DNA from: Candidatus Doudnabacteria bacterium
Lineage (GTDB): Bacteria; Patescibacteriota; Doudnabacteria; UBA920; VMFF01
Reading direction: 5' to 3'
DNA length: 64,000 bases
Assembly: GCA_028286905.1 (NCBI GenBank)
Contig: JAQBQP010000002.1
Coordinates: 56,971 to 120,970 of the forward strand
Shown here: positions 30,473 to 39,681 of the stretch, in pieces
Numbering within the stretch: the first letter of the stretch is position 1
How the letters are laid out: the number at the start of each line of letters is the position of its first letter
The notes under the pieces: generated by a model
What the model saw: the letters and a program-made list of their open reading frames with translations, nothing else
What the model was told of the DNA's origin: nothing
The model's database searches: none
Program-made: the position numbers and the translations under genes

Positions 30473-31149
30473 TCGAATGCAACAACTTAACTAAAACTTA
30501 TATCAATGGTGACGACACTACTGTGGTTTTGAAGGGAATTTCTTTTAAGATCGAAACAGGTGAATTCGTTGCAATAATGGGTCCGTCCGGAAGTGGTAAG
30601 TCCACCTTGATGCATATTTTAGGAGCGTTAGACACTCCCACTACTGGTAGCTATTTTTTGGACGGTAAAGATGTTTCGAAGCTTAGCGATTACGAGCTTG
30701 CCGAAATTAGAAAAGAGAAAATTGGTTTTGTTTTTCAAGCTTTTAATTTGTTGCCGCGTGCCACTGTATTAAGAAATGTTGCCTTGCCGCTAGTTTATGC
30801 CGAAGTACCAAAGGAAAAAAGGGAAGTGATCGCTAAAGAAGCCTTGGTCCGAGCTGGTATGGATGAGTCTAGATTCAATCATTTATCGAACCAGCTTTCT
30901 GGAGGACAGATGCAACGTGTCGCGATAGCACGAGCTTTAGTAAATAATCCAAGTTTAATTTTGGCGGATGAACCGACTGGAAATTTGGACACCAAAACCG
31001 GAGAAATAGTCTTAGCAACATTTCAATCACTAAGCGAACAAGGCTCAACCATTGTTTTAATTACACATGAACCGGAAGTTGCCAAATATGCCCAACGAAT
31101 TATTCATATCCGAGATGGTTTAATTTTAAAAGATGAACGGATTCGTTAA
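30469..31149 (+). CDS. MacB/LolD-type ABC ATP-binding protein
   Basis: [27 protein letters not shown]. Confidence 0.95.
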   Translation: MIECNNLTKTYINGDDTTVVLKGISFKIETGEFVAIMGPSGSGKSTLMHILGALDTPTTGSYFLDGKDVSKLSDYELAEIRKEKIGFVFQAFNLLPRATVLRNVALPLVYAEVPKEKREVIAKEALVRAGMDESRFNHLSNQLSGGQMQRVAIARALVNNPSLILADEPTGNLDTKTGEIVLATFQSLSEQGSTIVLITHEPEVAKYAQRIIHIRDGLILKDERIR

Positions 31150-31160
31150 GGTAAAACATT

Positions 31161-32384
31161 ATGAAAATAAACGATCTATTTCAAGAAACATTTGCAGCAG
31201 TAACAGCAAACAAAGTTCGCTCCGGATTAACAATGCTTGGAATTGTAATTGGGATCGGTTCAGTTATTGCTATGGTTTCAATTGGGCAAGGCGCACAAAA
31301 TTCTGTTCAGTCTAGCATTCAATCAATTGGCTCAAACTTAATTTTGGTAACGCCGGGCGTGCAGAAGGGGCCGGGAGCAAATATAAGCGCCGGGCGTGGC
31401 TCAGCAACGAACTTAACCCAGCTTGATGCTGACGCGATAAAATCCACCGTTACAGGTATTAAAGCAATTGCACCAGAGCAATCTCGAAGATATCAGGTCA
31501 CTGCTAAAGGTACAAATACTAATACTCAGGTAACGGGTACCACTCCAGATTATTTGGAAGTTCGAAATGTTCAGGTCGACCAAGGGGCGTTTTTTGCAAC
31601 ATCTCAATTACAAAGCTTAGCTAAAGTGGCAGTAATCGGGCCAACTACTCGCGATGACTTGTTTGGTGTAGACGCTAACCCGGTTGGACAAACAATTAGA
31701 ATTAATAATTTGGAATTCAAAGTAATCGGTATGACTGTTGCAAAAGGGGGTAGTGGCTTTTCAAATGCTGATGATGCCATTTATATTCCTTTGCAAACAG
31801 CACAAAGGTTTCTAGCAGGCAGTGATAGCGTCTCGACCATAAGCGTTGAAGCGCAGGACGCCAATTCGATGGCAGATATTCAGCAGCAAATTACTGACTT
31901 ATTGCTGCAAAGACATAAAATTTCTGATCCGGCCGCTGCCGACTTTAGCGTTTTAAATCAGGCAGACATTGTTGCTACCGCCTCCAGCGTTACCGGAATT
32001 TTCACAATGCTGCTGGCGTCAATCGCAGGGATATCTTTGTTAGTTGGCGGAATCGGAATTATGAACATGATGCTAACAACAGTAACGGAACGCACTCGTG
32101 AAATTGGCTTGCGCAAAGCAATTGGTGCGCAAAAAAAAGATATTTCCTTGCAGTTTTTAGCTGAGGCAGTAGTTCTAACTTTCTTGGGAGGCGTACTTGG
32201 AGTGTTGTTAGGTTGGTTAATTTCTTTAGCAGTTTCGCACTTTGCATCAATAGCAACTAAGGTCTCTTTGGGTTCCGTGCTTTTAGCGTTCGGAGTTTCC
32301 GCGGGGATCGGAATAGTATTTGGCTATTATCCAGCAAGTCGAGCGGCGGGATTAAATCCAATTGAGGCTTTGCGTTACGAATAA
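31161..32384 (+). CDS. MacB-type ABC permease
   Basis: LTMLGIVIG, GGIGIMN, ERTREIGLRKAIGA, PIEALRYE. Confidence 0.95.
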   Translation: MKINDLFQETFAAVTANKVRSGLTMLGIVIGIGSVIAMVSIGQGAQNSVQSSIQSIGSNLILVTPGVQKGPGANISAGRGSATNLTQLDADAIKSTVTGIKAIAPEQSRRYQVTAKGTNTNTQVTGTTPDYLEVRNVQVDQGAFFATSQLQSLAKVAVIGPTTRDDLFGVDANPVGQTIRINNLEFKVIGMTVAKGGSGFSNADDAIYIPLQTAQRFLAGSDSVSTISVEAQDANSMADIQQQITDLLLQRHKISDPAAADFSVLNQADIVATASSVTGIFTMLLASIAGISLLVGGIGIMNMMLTTVTERTREIGLRKAIGAQKKDISLQFLAEAVVLTFLGGVLGVLLGWLISLAVSHFASIATKVSLGSVLLAFGVSAGIGIVFGYYPASRAAGLNPIEALRYE

Positions 32385-32401
32385 TAATTAAAATAATAAG
32401 T

Positions 32402-32899
32402 ATGACTAATAAAAATATTGGTTTAAGTGTAGTAACAGTTTTAGTAATTGCAGCAATTGGTTTTTTTGGCGGGATGAAATATGGATCTGCACATGCCTTG
32501 TCTGCAAAATCTCTGGCTAGCTTAAGCACTGCTCAAAAACAGTTGCTAACTCAAAATCTTCGCGGTGGTGGGATGGCTGGTAATGCTGGAGCTGGTGGAG
32601 CAATGGGCTTTGCGGGGCGCAGAACCGGAACAGGTGGGGCCGCTGGCTCAGGGTTTACAGCAGGAAATATAATTAGCAAAGATGATAAAAGTATAACCGT
32701 TTCCACAACTGGCGGTGGTTCAAAAATAATTTTTGTTTCTGGTACTACTAAGGTTGGTAAAAGCGTAACCGGTGCAGTTTCCGATTTGGCAGTAGGCGAC
32801 CAGGTAACCATTACCGGTGCCGCAAATTCAGACGGCAGTATTAACGCAGCATCAGTAGATATTCGCCCTGCTAACACTGTTCCATCAACAGGTAAATAA
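32402..32899 (+). CDS. Gly-rich membrane-anchored protein (DUF5666-like, tentative)
   Basis: GFFGGMKY, LAVGDQVTITG..NSDGSINA; resembles the 28354 ORF. Confidence 0.65.
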   Translation: MTNKNIGLSVVTVLVIAAIGFFGGMKYGSAHALSAKSLASLSTAQKQLLTQNLRGGGMAGNAGAGGAMGFAGRRTGTGGAAGSGFTAGNIISKDDKSITVSTTGGGSKIIFVSGTTKVGKSVTGAVSDLAVGDQVTITGAANSDGSINAASVDIRPANTVPSTGK

Positions 32900-32985
32900 T
32901 TGACCGGCAGTAGGTTTTCTGTTACTCTGCCTAATTAGAATAGGCAGGGGGATCAATAATAAAAACCTTTTCGCGGGGAGCGAAA

Positions 32986-33795
32986 ATGAATAATCAGGAA
33001 CTCGGAGCGTCTGTGGAATGGTTGTACGGCTTAGGGTTATCAGTCAAAGAGATTCGTAAAATTTTGGCAGAATTACCTGGGCTAAAAAAGGTCTCGATAA
33101 CGGCGGTGCGAGAGCATCTAGCTGACGAGTTCGGTAGCCAGAAACACTTTCCAAATCGCCCTAGAACGGCGGAACTGAGCTATGCGCGAGTGTTCGGGGA
33201 ATATGCGGCTACGATTGGTGCTGCCGATCATGTTTCGCCGTTGGTACCCTGGCAATTTCGTAGGCTGATGCTTCTGAGGTATTTGGTTCCGGATGGTGAC
33301 GAAGTTTTAACCGGCGCCGGAATGTTGAAGACGTTGGTGTACGATCCGCCGTATCCGCCGGGCTATCTCAGTCTGTTGAGTGCAGTGTTCCAAGCCAATT
33401 ATGGGTTGGAATTTTCCTCAGACCGGATCACAGGGCCATACGTACATGCAGTTATCGAAGGCGGTATCGCGACACCGAAAAACTATCAGGAATTTCTGAT
33501 CAGTGCGCTGCAACATGCCGCGGAACAGATTCGGCTTAATCCTCCGAGGTGGCCGCCACTGAAGCAGGTAGACAATGCGATTTCTCGTACGCCGATGATG
33601 CCTGCGGAGCGGAAAGCGCTTCGATATTATTACGGGATCCAGGGAAAATCGGCAAAAAGCGAAGACGAGATCGCGGAGCTGATTCAAAGACCTGCGAGCC
33701 AGGTACGAGAATATGTTAAGAAAGCAGTCGCTCATCTCAGTGAGACTGGGGGAGCGCTTGGATTGTTGCTGTACCAACACCTGTCTGTGCTTTAG
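32986..33795 (+). CDS. Hypothetical protein with C-terminal sigma70 region-4-like HTH
   Basis: ERKALRYYYGI...EIAELI....QVREYVKKAVAHL; GGAG SD; own terminator. Confidence 0.65.
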   Translation: MNNQELGASVEWLYGLGLSVKEIRKILAELPGLKKVSITAVREHLADEFGSQKHFPNRPRTAELSYARVFGEYAATIGAADHVSPLVPWQFRRLMLLRYLVPDGDEVLTGAGMLKTLVYDPPYPPGYLSLLSAVFQANYGLEFSSDRITGPYVHAVIEGGIATPKNYQEFLISALQHAAEQIRLNPPRWPPLKQVDNAISRTPMMPAERKALRYYYGIQGKSAKSEDEIAELIQRPASQVREYVKKAVAHLSETGGALGLLLYQHLSVL

Positions 33796-33821
33796 CCGAC
33801 TCGGTTGAAGAGGTTTTTCTA

Positions 33822-33864
33822 AAACAAAAGACCGTGAAAAGAAATTTTCGCGGTCTTTGTTTTG
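33822..33864. terminator. Bidirectional terminator
   Basis: AAAGACCGTGAAAA...TTTTCGCGGTCTTT. Confidence 0.7.
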
Positions 33865-33874
33865 TTAAGAGTGT

Positions 33875-34504
33875 TTACTTATCGAGCAGAGTTAAATCTT
33901 TAACAAAGAGGTGTTTGTTAATTTCGTGAATTGAATAAGTTATAAAAAAAGCGGCAAATACATCAATTGAATAATGGAGGTGGCCTAGTAAGACTGCTGC
34001 GCCAAGCAGTACCGAAGAAATCAAGAAGGTAATGCGTAGTTTTTTATTTTCCCAATATATTAAAGCCATTAAAAATGGCAGGCCAGTGTGTCCGGAAAAA
34101 AATAAATCCCCGCCAAAGCTAAACTCTTCCATAATCTTTGAGCTGGAAAGATAGTCAGGATGTAAGCCCAAATGCGTTAAACTAAAGAAAAATGATCTAA
34201 TTAGTATAAAAACAGCTACGCTTTTCGTAACAAATGGAATTCTTTTCGGCTCAATAAATATCAGTCCGACGCTAAATAGAATTAAGATTAATGCGCCCCA
34301 GACGAAAATAATCGTAACATTAACAACGGGCAGGTTGTCTAAAATTAAATCACTGCTTGGACTACTTTGTTTAGTAGTCGCATAACTTGCTGCAAAATAA
34401 TATAACAATAAACTAAGTAATAAAAAAAAGATTCCAAAAATGCTTGATTGGCGGTAGTTTTTATCTGCCCAAAGCTCTTTATATTTTTGAGCGAGGTTAG
34501 TCAT
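33875..34504 (-). CDS. PAP2/sphingomyelin-synthase-like membrane phosphotransferase
   Basis: DLFFSGHT, HLHYSIDV. Confidence 0.85.
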   Translation of the reverse strand: MTNLAQKYKELWADKNYRQSSIFGIFFLLLSLLLYYFAASYATTKQSSPSSDLILDNLPVVNVTIIFVWGALILILFSVGLIFIEPKRIPFVTKSVAVFILIRSFFFSLTHLGLHPDYLSSSKIMEEFSFGGDLFFSGHTGLPFLMALIYWENKKLRITFLISSVLLGAAVLLGHLHYSIDVFAAFFITYSIHEINKHLFVKDLTLLDK

Positions 34505-35432
34505 TGTCTTGAATAGAGAAAATGTTGAAGGAGGAATGTGTTGCCGCTCTGGTCGTGGTAGGTTTAAGTTCTTGAAATGTAGCGGTGCTTAGAGCTCCGG
34601 CAAAAAGAATCATTAATATTGCAGCGCAAACTGTCCACATTGTAGTAGTAGCAAGAAAAACCTTTCTAACATTGGTTCGAAAGATTGGTGTGGCTTCATG
34701 TCTGACGTCGACGTAGTTAGTATGAAAAGGTTTTTTGAAAAAAATTGTCCAAAAATAATTGATCGGATATTTTATTCCCATTGTTAGCAAGCCTTCTTTT
34801 TTTAACCTGCGTCCGGAAGAATACATTGGAAGCTTAAAGGTAAATTTTACTCCGCCTATCGGACGTAATCTTCTGGCGATGTCGGTATCTTCTCCATAAA
34901 AATTTATCGAAAGATTGTAGCCGTTAATTTTTTCCAACGCTGAACGATGGACGATATAATTTCCACCTTGCAACAAAGAGCCAACCCTTAATACAAATCT
35001 ATTGTTTATATAACTGATATAGCCGAGGTAGTAATAAAATCGCACTAAAACATTGTTTAATAGAGAAAGGTCATAATAAATAAAGGGTCCGCTTAGGGCA
35101 ACTAATTTTTTGTTTGCTGCAAACTCTGACAAAACTGTGTCAATCCATCCAGGAGTTAATATTGAATCAGCATCCACATTAGCAATTAACTCGCCTGAAG
35201 AGGCATCGAAGCCGGCTTGACGGGCAAAGAGCAGTCCCTTGCGAGATTCGCGAATAACTCTTACGCCCTGATAAGACTCAGCCACAGAGTGGGTGGTATC
35301 AGTGCTGGCATTGTTTACAACAATAATCTCAGTAAGGTGGCTAGTGGTTTGTGTTTCTCTTAAAATGCTTTCCAGACATCTGGGTAAGTAAGCTTCTTCA
35401 TTGTACGCTGGAACTACAAAGGATATTTTCAT
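34497..35432 (-). CDS. Glycosyltransferase family 2
   Basis: VVPAYNEE, NVDAD, YGEDTD, SSGRR. Confidence 0.9.
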   Translation of the reverse strand: MKISFVVPAYNEEAYLPRCLESILRETQTTSHLTEIIVVNNASTDTTHSVAESYQGVRVIRESRKGLLFARQAGFDASSGELIANVDADSILTPGWIDTVLSEFAANKKLVALSGPFIYYDLSLLNNVLVRFYYYLGYISYINNRFVLRVGSLLQGGNYIVHRSALEKINGYNLSINFYGEDTDIARRLRPIGGVKFTFKLPMYSSGRRLKKEGLLTMGIKYPINYFWTIFFKKPFHTNYVDVRHEATPIFRTNVRKVFLATTTMWTVCAAILMILFAGALSTATFQELKPTTTRAATHSSFNIFSIQDND

Positions 35433-35433
35433 A

Positions 35434-36156
35434 TTATCTGATCACTGACCATTCTTTGCTGTAGGATTTTTTAAAAGCCTTAACATAAATTAGGTTAATC
35501 ACCCACAAATATAAAAGTTTTGGCCAACCAATTTTATGCGCTCTTCGGGAAGTGTGTAGGACGTGGAGGCTTGGTTCGCTTCGAACGGTTCCAATTTTGG
35601 CGAGCTTTGCAAACATGTCATTGTCTTCGCCAATAACCATGCCAATATCGTAGCCGTTAACTTTTTTAAACGCTTCTGTTCGAATCATTTGAAATTCGCC
35701 CGCTGCTGCGCCAGTTTTCAAGAGGTTGTTGGAAATTTGAATTGTCCGGTTAATGAATGCAAAGAAAAAATTATCTGCCCAGGTGGCGTTTTCTTTATGC
35801 ACTCTTAAAAAAACCGTAAGACCAATTAGATCTGAGTTTTGCTCAAATAATTTTAGCGCTTTGGGAATAAAGGAATTTATTTCCGGTATCGTAATATCTG
35901 CATCTAAGAAAAGTAATAAATCTCCTGAGGCCGCTTCTGCACCAGAATTTTTACCTTCACCGATTTTCTGTCTGGTTTTTCCATCATGAACAATTACTTT
36001 ATGAGCATGCTTTTTAGCAATCTCAATCGTTTGGTCAGTGCTGAGCCCATCGGCAACGATTAACTCATAATCGACATCGGCCAATTCTTTTAAAGAACCC
36101 AGGGTATTCTCTAAAATTTTTTCTTCATTCAAAGTTGGGATGATAATTGAGAGCAT
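35434..36156 (-). CDS. Glycosyltransferase family 2
   Basis: IIPTLNEE, DGLSTD, FLDAD, GED, TSRR. Confidence 0.9.
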   Translation of the reverse strand: MLSIIIPTLNEEKILENTLGSLKELADVDYELIVADGLSTDQTIEIAKKHAHKVIVHDGKTRQKIGEGKNSGAEAASGDLLLFLDADITIPEINSFIPKALKLFEQNSDLIGLTVFLRVHKENATWADNFFFAFINRTIQISNNLLKTGAAAGEFQMIRTEAFKKVNGYDIGMVIGEDNDMFAKLAKIGTVRSEPSLHVLHTSRRAHKIGWPKLLYLWVINLIYVKAFKKSYSKEWSVIR

Positions 36157-36740
36157 TAAATTTCTTTTTTTGATAAGTATTTAATTAGTAAGCGCATTCC
36201 GATAAAGACAAAAGCTAAGATAAAAATGACAAACACTATTTTGTAGGGACCGACAAATTTTGTATAAACGTCTCCAAAAAAATATCCTATCGAGAGTAAG
36301 AAAGCGGTCCAGATAAAGCCGCCATACAAGTTAAGAATAGCATATTTCTTAAAAGGAACCCGAATCATGCCGGCTACAATCAGAGTTGCCACTGCGAAAC
36401 CGAAACCCATTGTAATTTTTGATATAAAAAGAATCTTATTTTGATAACGGTGGAAGCGATCTTCAATCTTAGCCAGTATTTCAGGCGTTATATGAAAAAA
36501 TCTACCAAATTTATCCACTAAGGGGCGCCCGCCATAGCGGCCTAAAGCGTACATCCCCAAATCTGCAGTAAAATCACCACTAACTAGAGTAAAATACAAC
36601 GGAATAAGTTGAAATTGCCCTAAACGGTACAGAAAACCGCTACTCATCATCAAAAGAGGGCCTTCGACCAGGCAGCCTAGAAACAGCAAAACATATTTGG
36701 AATGGTCAATAAAAGTGATCCAAACGGACAACGTAAGCAT
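36156..36740 (-). CDS. DedA family membrane protein (start set at ATG 36740)
   Basis: LVEGP, YALGRYGG, AGMIRVPF; TGcTATAAT 6 nt upstream. Confidence 0.88.
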   Translation of the reverse strand: MLTLSVWITFIDHSKYVLLFLGCLVEGPLLMMSSGFLYRLGQFQLIPLYFTLVSGDFTADLGMYALGRYGGRPLVDKFGRFFHITPEILAKIEDRFHRYQNKILFISKITMGFGFAVATLIVAGMIRVPFKKYAILNLYGGFIWTAFLLSIGYFFGDVYTKFVGPYKIVFVIFILAFVFIGMRLLIKYLSKKEI

Positions 36741-36779
36741 GCTTATATTATAGCAAGTATAAACATCCAGACAATGCTG

Positions 36780-36796
36780 CTTCATCTGTTCTTCAT
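36780..36796 (+). promoter_or_regulatory. OmpR-type direct repeat
   Basis: CTTCAT-N5-CTTCAT between the divergent dedA and response regulator genes. Confidence 0.55.
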
Positions 36797-36820
36797 GCTA
36801 CAATAGTATTATAAAGACAT

Positions 36821-37489
36821 ATGAAAATTTTGTTGATTGAAGATAATCAAAAGTTGGCCGAATCAATTAAGCGCGGTTTAGAGCCGGATGGTTATTCGGT
36901 AGACATTGTTGGGGACGGTCTGGTGGGCCAACAACGTTTAGAGGCGCATAAGGATTTGTATGATCTGGTTATTTTAGACTTGATGCTTCCAGGGAAAACC
37001 GGTACGCAGGTCTGTGTCGCTTGGCGCGATCAAAATATTGTCGTTCCGATCTTAATGCTTACGGCCAGGGACACTGTAGAGGACAAGGTGCTTGGTTTGG
37101 ACAGCGGAGCAGATGACTACTTGGTAAAACCCTTTGACTTTGCGGAGCTGATTGCTAGGATCAGGGCGTTGCTACGCAGGCCAACAGTGCTTGTTGATGA
37201 GAATATTGTAGTAGGACCGTTATCATTAAGAACAAGTCAAAAACAAATTTTTCTTAATGATAAAGCTTTAGAACTGACGCTACGCGAATATGCAGTTTTA
37301 GAATATTGCATGCGACATCCTAAGCAAGTTTTAGGCAGAGATCAAATCTTATCGAGTGCTTGGGATTATTCCTTTGATTCATTTAGTAATGTTGTTGACG
37401 TGCATATTAAGAATTTAAGAAAAAAATTAGGAACTTATGGGAAAACCCTTCAGACCGTTCGAGGGCTCGGCTACCGCTTGGCACTCTGA
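36821..37489 (+). CDS. OmpR-family response regulator
   Basis: LLIED, ILDLMLP, GADDYLVKPF, TVRGLGY. Confidence 0.96.
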   Translation: MKILLIEDNQKLAESIKRGLEPDGYSVDIVGDGLVGQQRLEAHKDLYDLVILDLMLPGKTGTQVCVAWRDQNIVVPILMLTARDTVEDKVLGLDSGADDYLVKPFDFAELIARIRALLRRPTVLVDENIVVGPLSLRTSQKQIFLNDKALELTLREYAVLEYCMRHPKQVLGRDQILSSAWDYSFDSFSNVVDVHIKNLRKKLGTYGKTLQTVRGLGYRLAL

Positions 37490-38456
37490 CCCATTTTTTA
37501 GAGCAAGAATAAAACTTACCGCTTGGTACGTTGGTTTTATTGTTTTAATATTGGCTTCGTTCAGCGGGGCTTTATTCACGAGTTTTAATGCCAATGTTCG
37601 TCGAAAGCCAGTACATATAGATCAAGAACTTTCTCGGGAAGAGATCCGCAATCAATTCGCGGACGATGCTGCTAGTAGCTTATTATTATCGCTACTTATA
37701 ATTGATGGAATAATTTTTGTTGTTTCCGCCGCAGCAAGTTATACCTTTGCCGGATACACCCTACGTCCATTGCAAAAAACGATGGCAGCGCAAAAGAGGT
37801 TTGTCGCAAATGCGTCACACGAATTGCGCACGCCTTTAGCCGTAATGCAGACTGATATTGAAGTGCTAACCCGTCAAGACCAAACTCTTTCTGAACAAGC
37901 GAAGCGAACTTTAGCCAGCGCAATGCAAGAATTAAAAGTTATGAAAGACTTAAGCAATCAGATGCTTAGTTTGTCGAAAGCCGAAAATTCTATAATTTCT
38001 TCAAATAAAACGGAGTTTGACCTAGCTGTTCTTTTAGAAGAGGTGTATTCCCGGATGAAACCGTTAGCCGAAAAGAAAAAAATTGAGATGCAAATAGAAA
38101 GCACCCGAGTTTCGATAATTCATGCTGATCAAAATCATATTGATCATGTTATTTCAAACTTAATCGACAATGCCATTAAGTATACTAAAATCGGTGGCAA
38201 AATAATGATTAGCTTAACGAAAGATAAAAATAATGCAGTCTTACAATTTAAGGATACGGGCATTGGAATTTCCGAGAAAGACTTGCCGCATATTTTTGAA
38301 AGTTTTTATAAATCTGACCAATCTCACTCAAGCGAAGGAGCTGGCCTTGGTTTATCTATCGTAAAAACTTTGGTGACAAATAATGGTGGAGAAATAGTTT
38401 TAGAAAGCAAAGTTGGCGAAGGAACAAATTTAACAGTTAAATTCTTATTGCTTTAA
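37437..38456 (+). CDS. Sensor histidine kinase
   Basis: Two TM; ASHELRTP, NLIDNAIKY, DTGIGI, GLGLSI. Confidence 0.94.
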   Translation: MGKPFRPFEGSATAWHSDPFFRARIKLTAWYVGFIVLILASFSGALFTSFNANVRRKPVHIDQELSREEIRNQFADDAASSLLLSLLIIDGIIFVVSAAASYTFAGYTLRPLQKTMAAQKRFVANASHELRTPLAVMQTDIEVLTRQDQTLSEQAKRTLASAMQELKVMKDLSNQMLSLSKAENSIISSNKTEFDLAVLLEEVYSRMKPLAEKKKIEMQIESTRVSIIHADQNHIDHVISNLIDNAIKYTKIGGKIMISLTKDKNNAVLQFKDTGIGISEKDLPHIFESFYKSDQSHSSEGAGLGLSIVKTLVTNNGGEIVLESKVGEGTNLTVKFLLL

Positions 38457-38825
38457 ATGGAGTTTGATCTTATCCACTAGCTGGCTTGGAGAAATATCTG
38501 ATTTGATAACGAAATCAACTGCCCCGAGGCGCATCGATTCAGATTTGTTCGCATCTTCGCTAAGATTTGAAAGAACGATAATCGGAATTTCTTTTAATTC
38601 TTTGTTTTGTTTGATATTTTTTAAAACCCCAAAACCATCCATTCCTGGCATCAATAAATCTAGCAAGATCATATCTGGATGGGTTCTTTGAATTTTTTCT
38701 ATTGCCTCTAAGCCGTTACTAGCGCTCTCTACTTCGTATCCGGCAAATTCTAACCCCTGATGATAGACTCCTACCAGTAACTCTTCGTCATCTACTATTA
38801 ACACTTTAAATTTTTTGTTTCGCAT
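38445..38825 (-). CDS. Single-domain response regulator
   Basis: LIVDD, LLDLLMP, VIK. Confidence 0.9.
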   Translation of the reverse strand: MRNKKFKVLIVDDEELLVGVYHQGLEFAGYEVESASNGLEAIEKIQRTHPDMILLDLLMPGMDGFGVLKNIKQNKELKEIPIIVLSNLSEDANKSESMRLGAVDFVIKSDISPSQLVDKIKLHLKQ

Positions 38826-38931
38826 TATATCCGTTTAAGACTTCTTTGTTTAGTACATTATAACAAATAATCGTGTATAATGCGATTTTTTGTTATAATT
38901 ACTTGTGGATCACTGATTAATTAGATAAAAA

Positions 38932-39678
38932 ATGCTAAAAAAAATGAGAGCTTGGAGTAATACGGAGTTAAAGAATATTTCCAGCGTTGCGAAGGGTGGT
39001 TTTTCTCCGCAGCGTTTAATTCGAATAATGCACGAATTTATAAATGGGTATAAGTTTATTCATCAATACAAAAAAGCGGCTACTATTTTTGGATCGGCTC
39101 GCAAGGGCTTTGACCCTAGGTTATATGCCCAAGCAGAACGGCTAGGTTTCTTGTTAGCGAAGGAAGATTTTGCGGTAATTACAGGCGGCGGACCGGGAAT
39201 AATGCAGGCTGCTAATAAAGGAGCGATGTCCGCCGGTGGAAAATCCCTGGGCTTGAACATTCAGTTGCCAAAAGAACAGCGCACAAACCCTTATGTTACC
39301 AAATCAATTGGATTCCATTACTTTTTTACTAGAAAAGTAATGATGGCCTCCGCTTCTCAAGTATATGTATTTTTCCCGGGCGGCTTTGGTACAATGGATG
39401 AGTTTTTCGAAATGCTTACCTTGATTCAAACTAAAAAAGTTTCTCCAATTGTTATCATTTTGATGAATAAAGAATTTTGGAGTCCTTTGGTTGGTTGGAT
39501 TGAACAGACAGTCTATAAAAAAAACCGTGCGATTGGCGCAGATGATTTAAAATTATTCCATTTGGTCGATGATCCAGATCAAGCGATCGAACTAGTTCGA
39601 AAAGCAAGTAAGAAGAAAATTATTAGATCTGGTTCCAGACATGGAGACACTTTGGAACATAGTAAGAGAAATTCTTAA
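38932..39678 (+). CDS. LOG family (TIGR00730) nucleotide phosphoribohydrolase
   Basis: FGSAR, TGGGPGIM, PGGFGTMDE. Confidence 0.92.
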   Translation: MLKKMRAWSNTELKNISSVAKGGFSPQRLIRIMHEFINGYKFIHQYKKAATIFGSARKGFDPRLYAQAERLGFLLAKEDFAVITGGGPGIMQAANKGAMSAGGKSLGLNIQLPKEQRTNPYVTKSIGFHYFFTRKVMMASASQVYVFFPGGFGTMDEFFEMLTLIQTKKVSPIVIILMNKEFWSPLVGWIEQTVYKKNRAIGADDLKLFHLVDDPDQAIELVRKASKKKIIRSGSRHGDTLEHSKRNS

Positions 39679-39681
39679 TTC

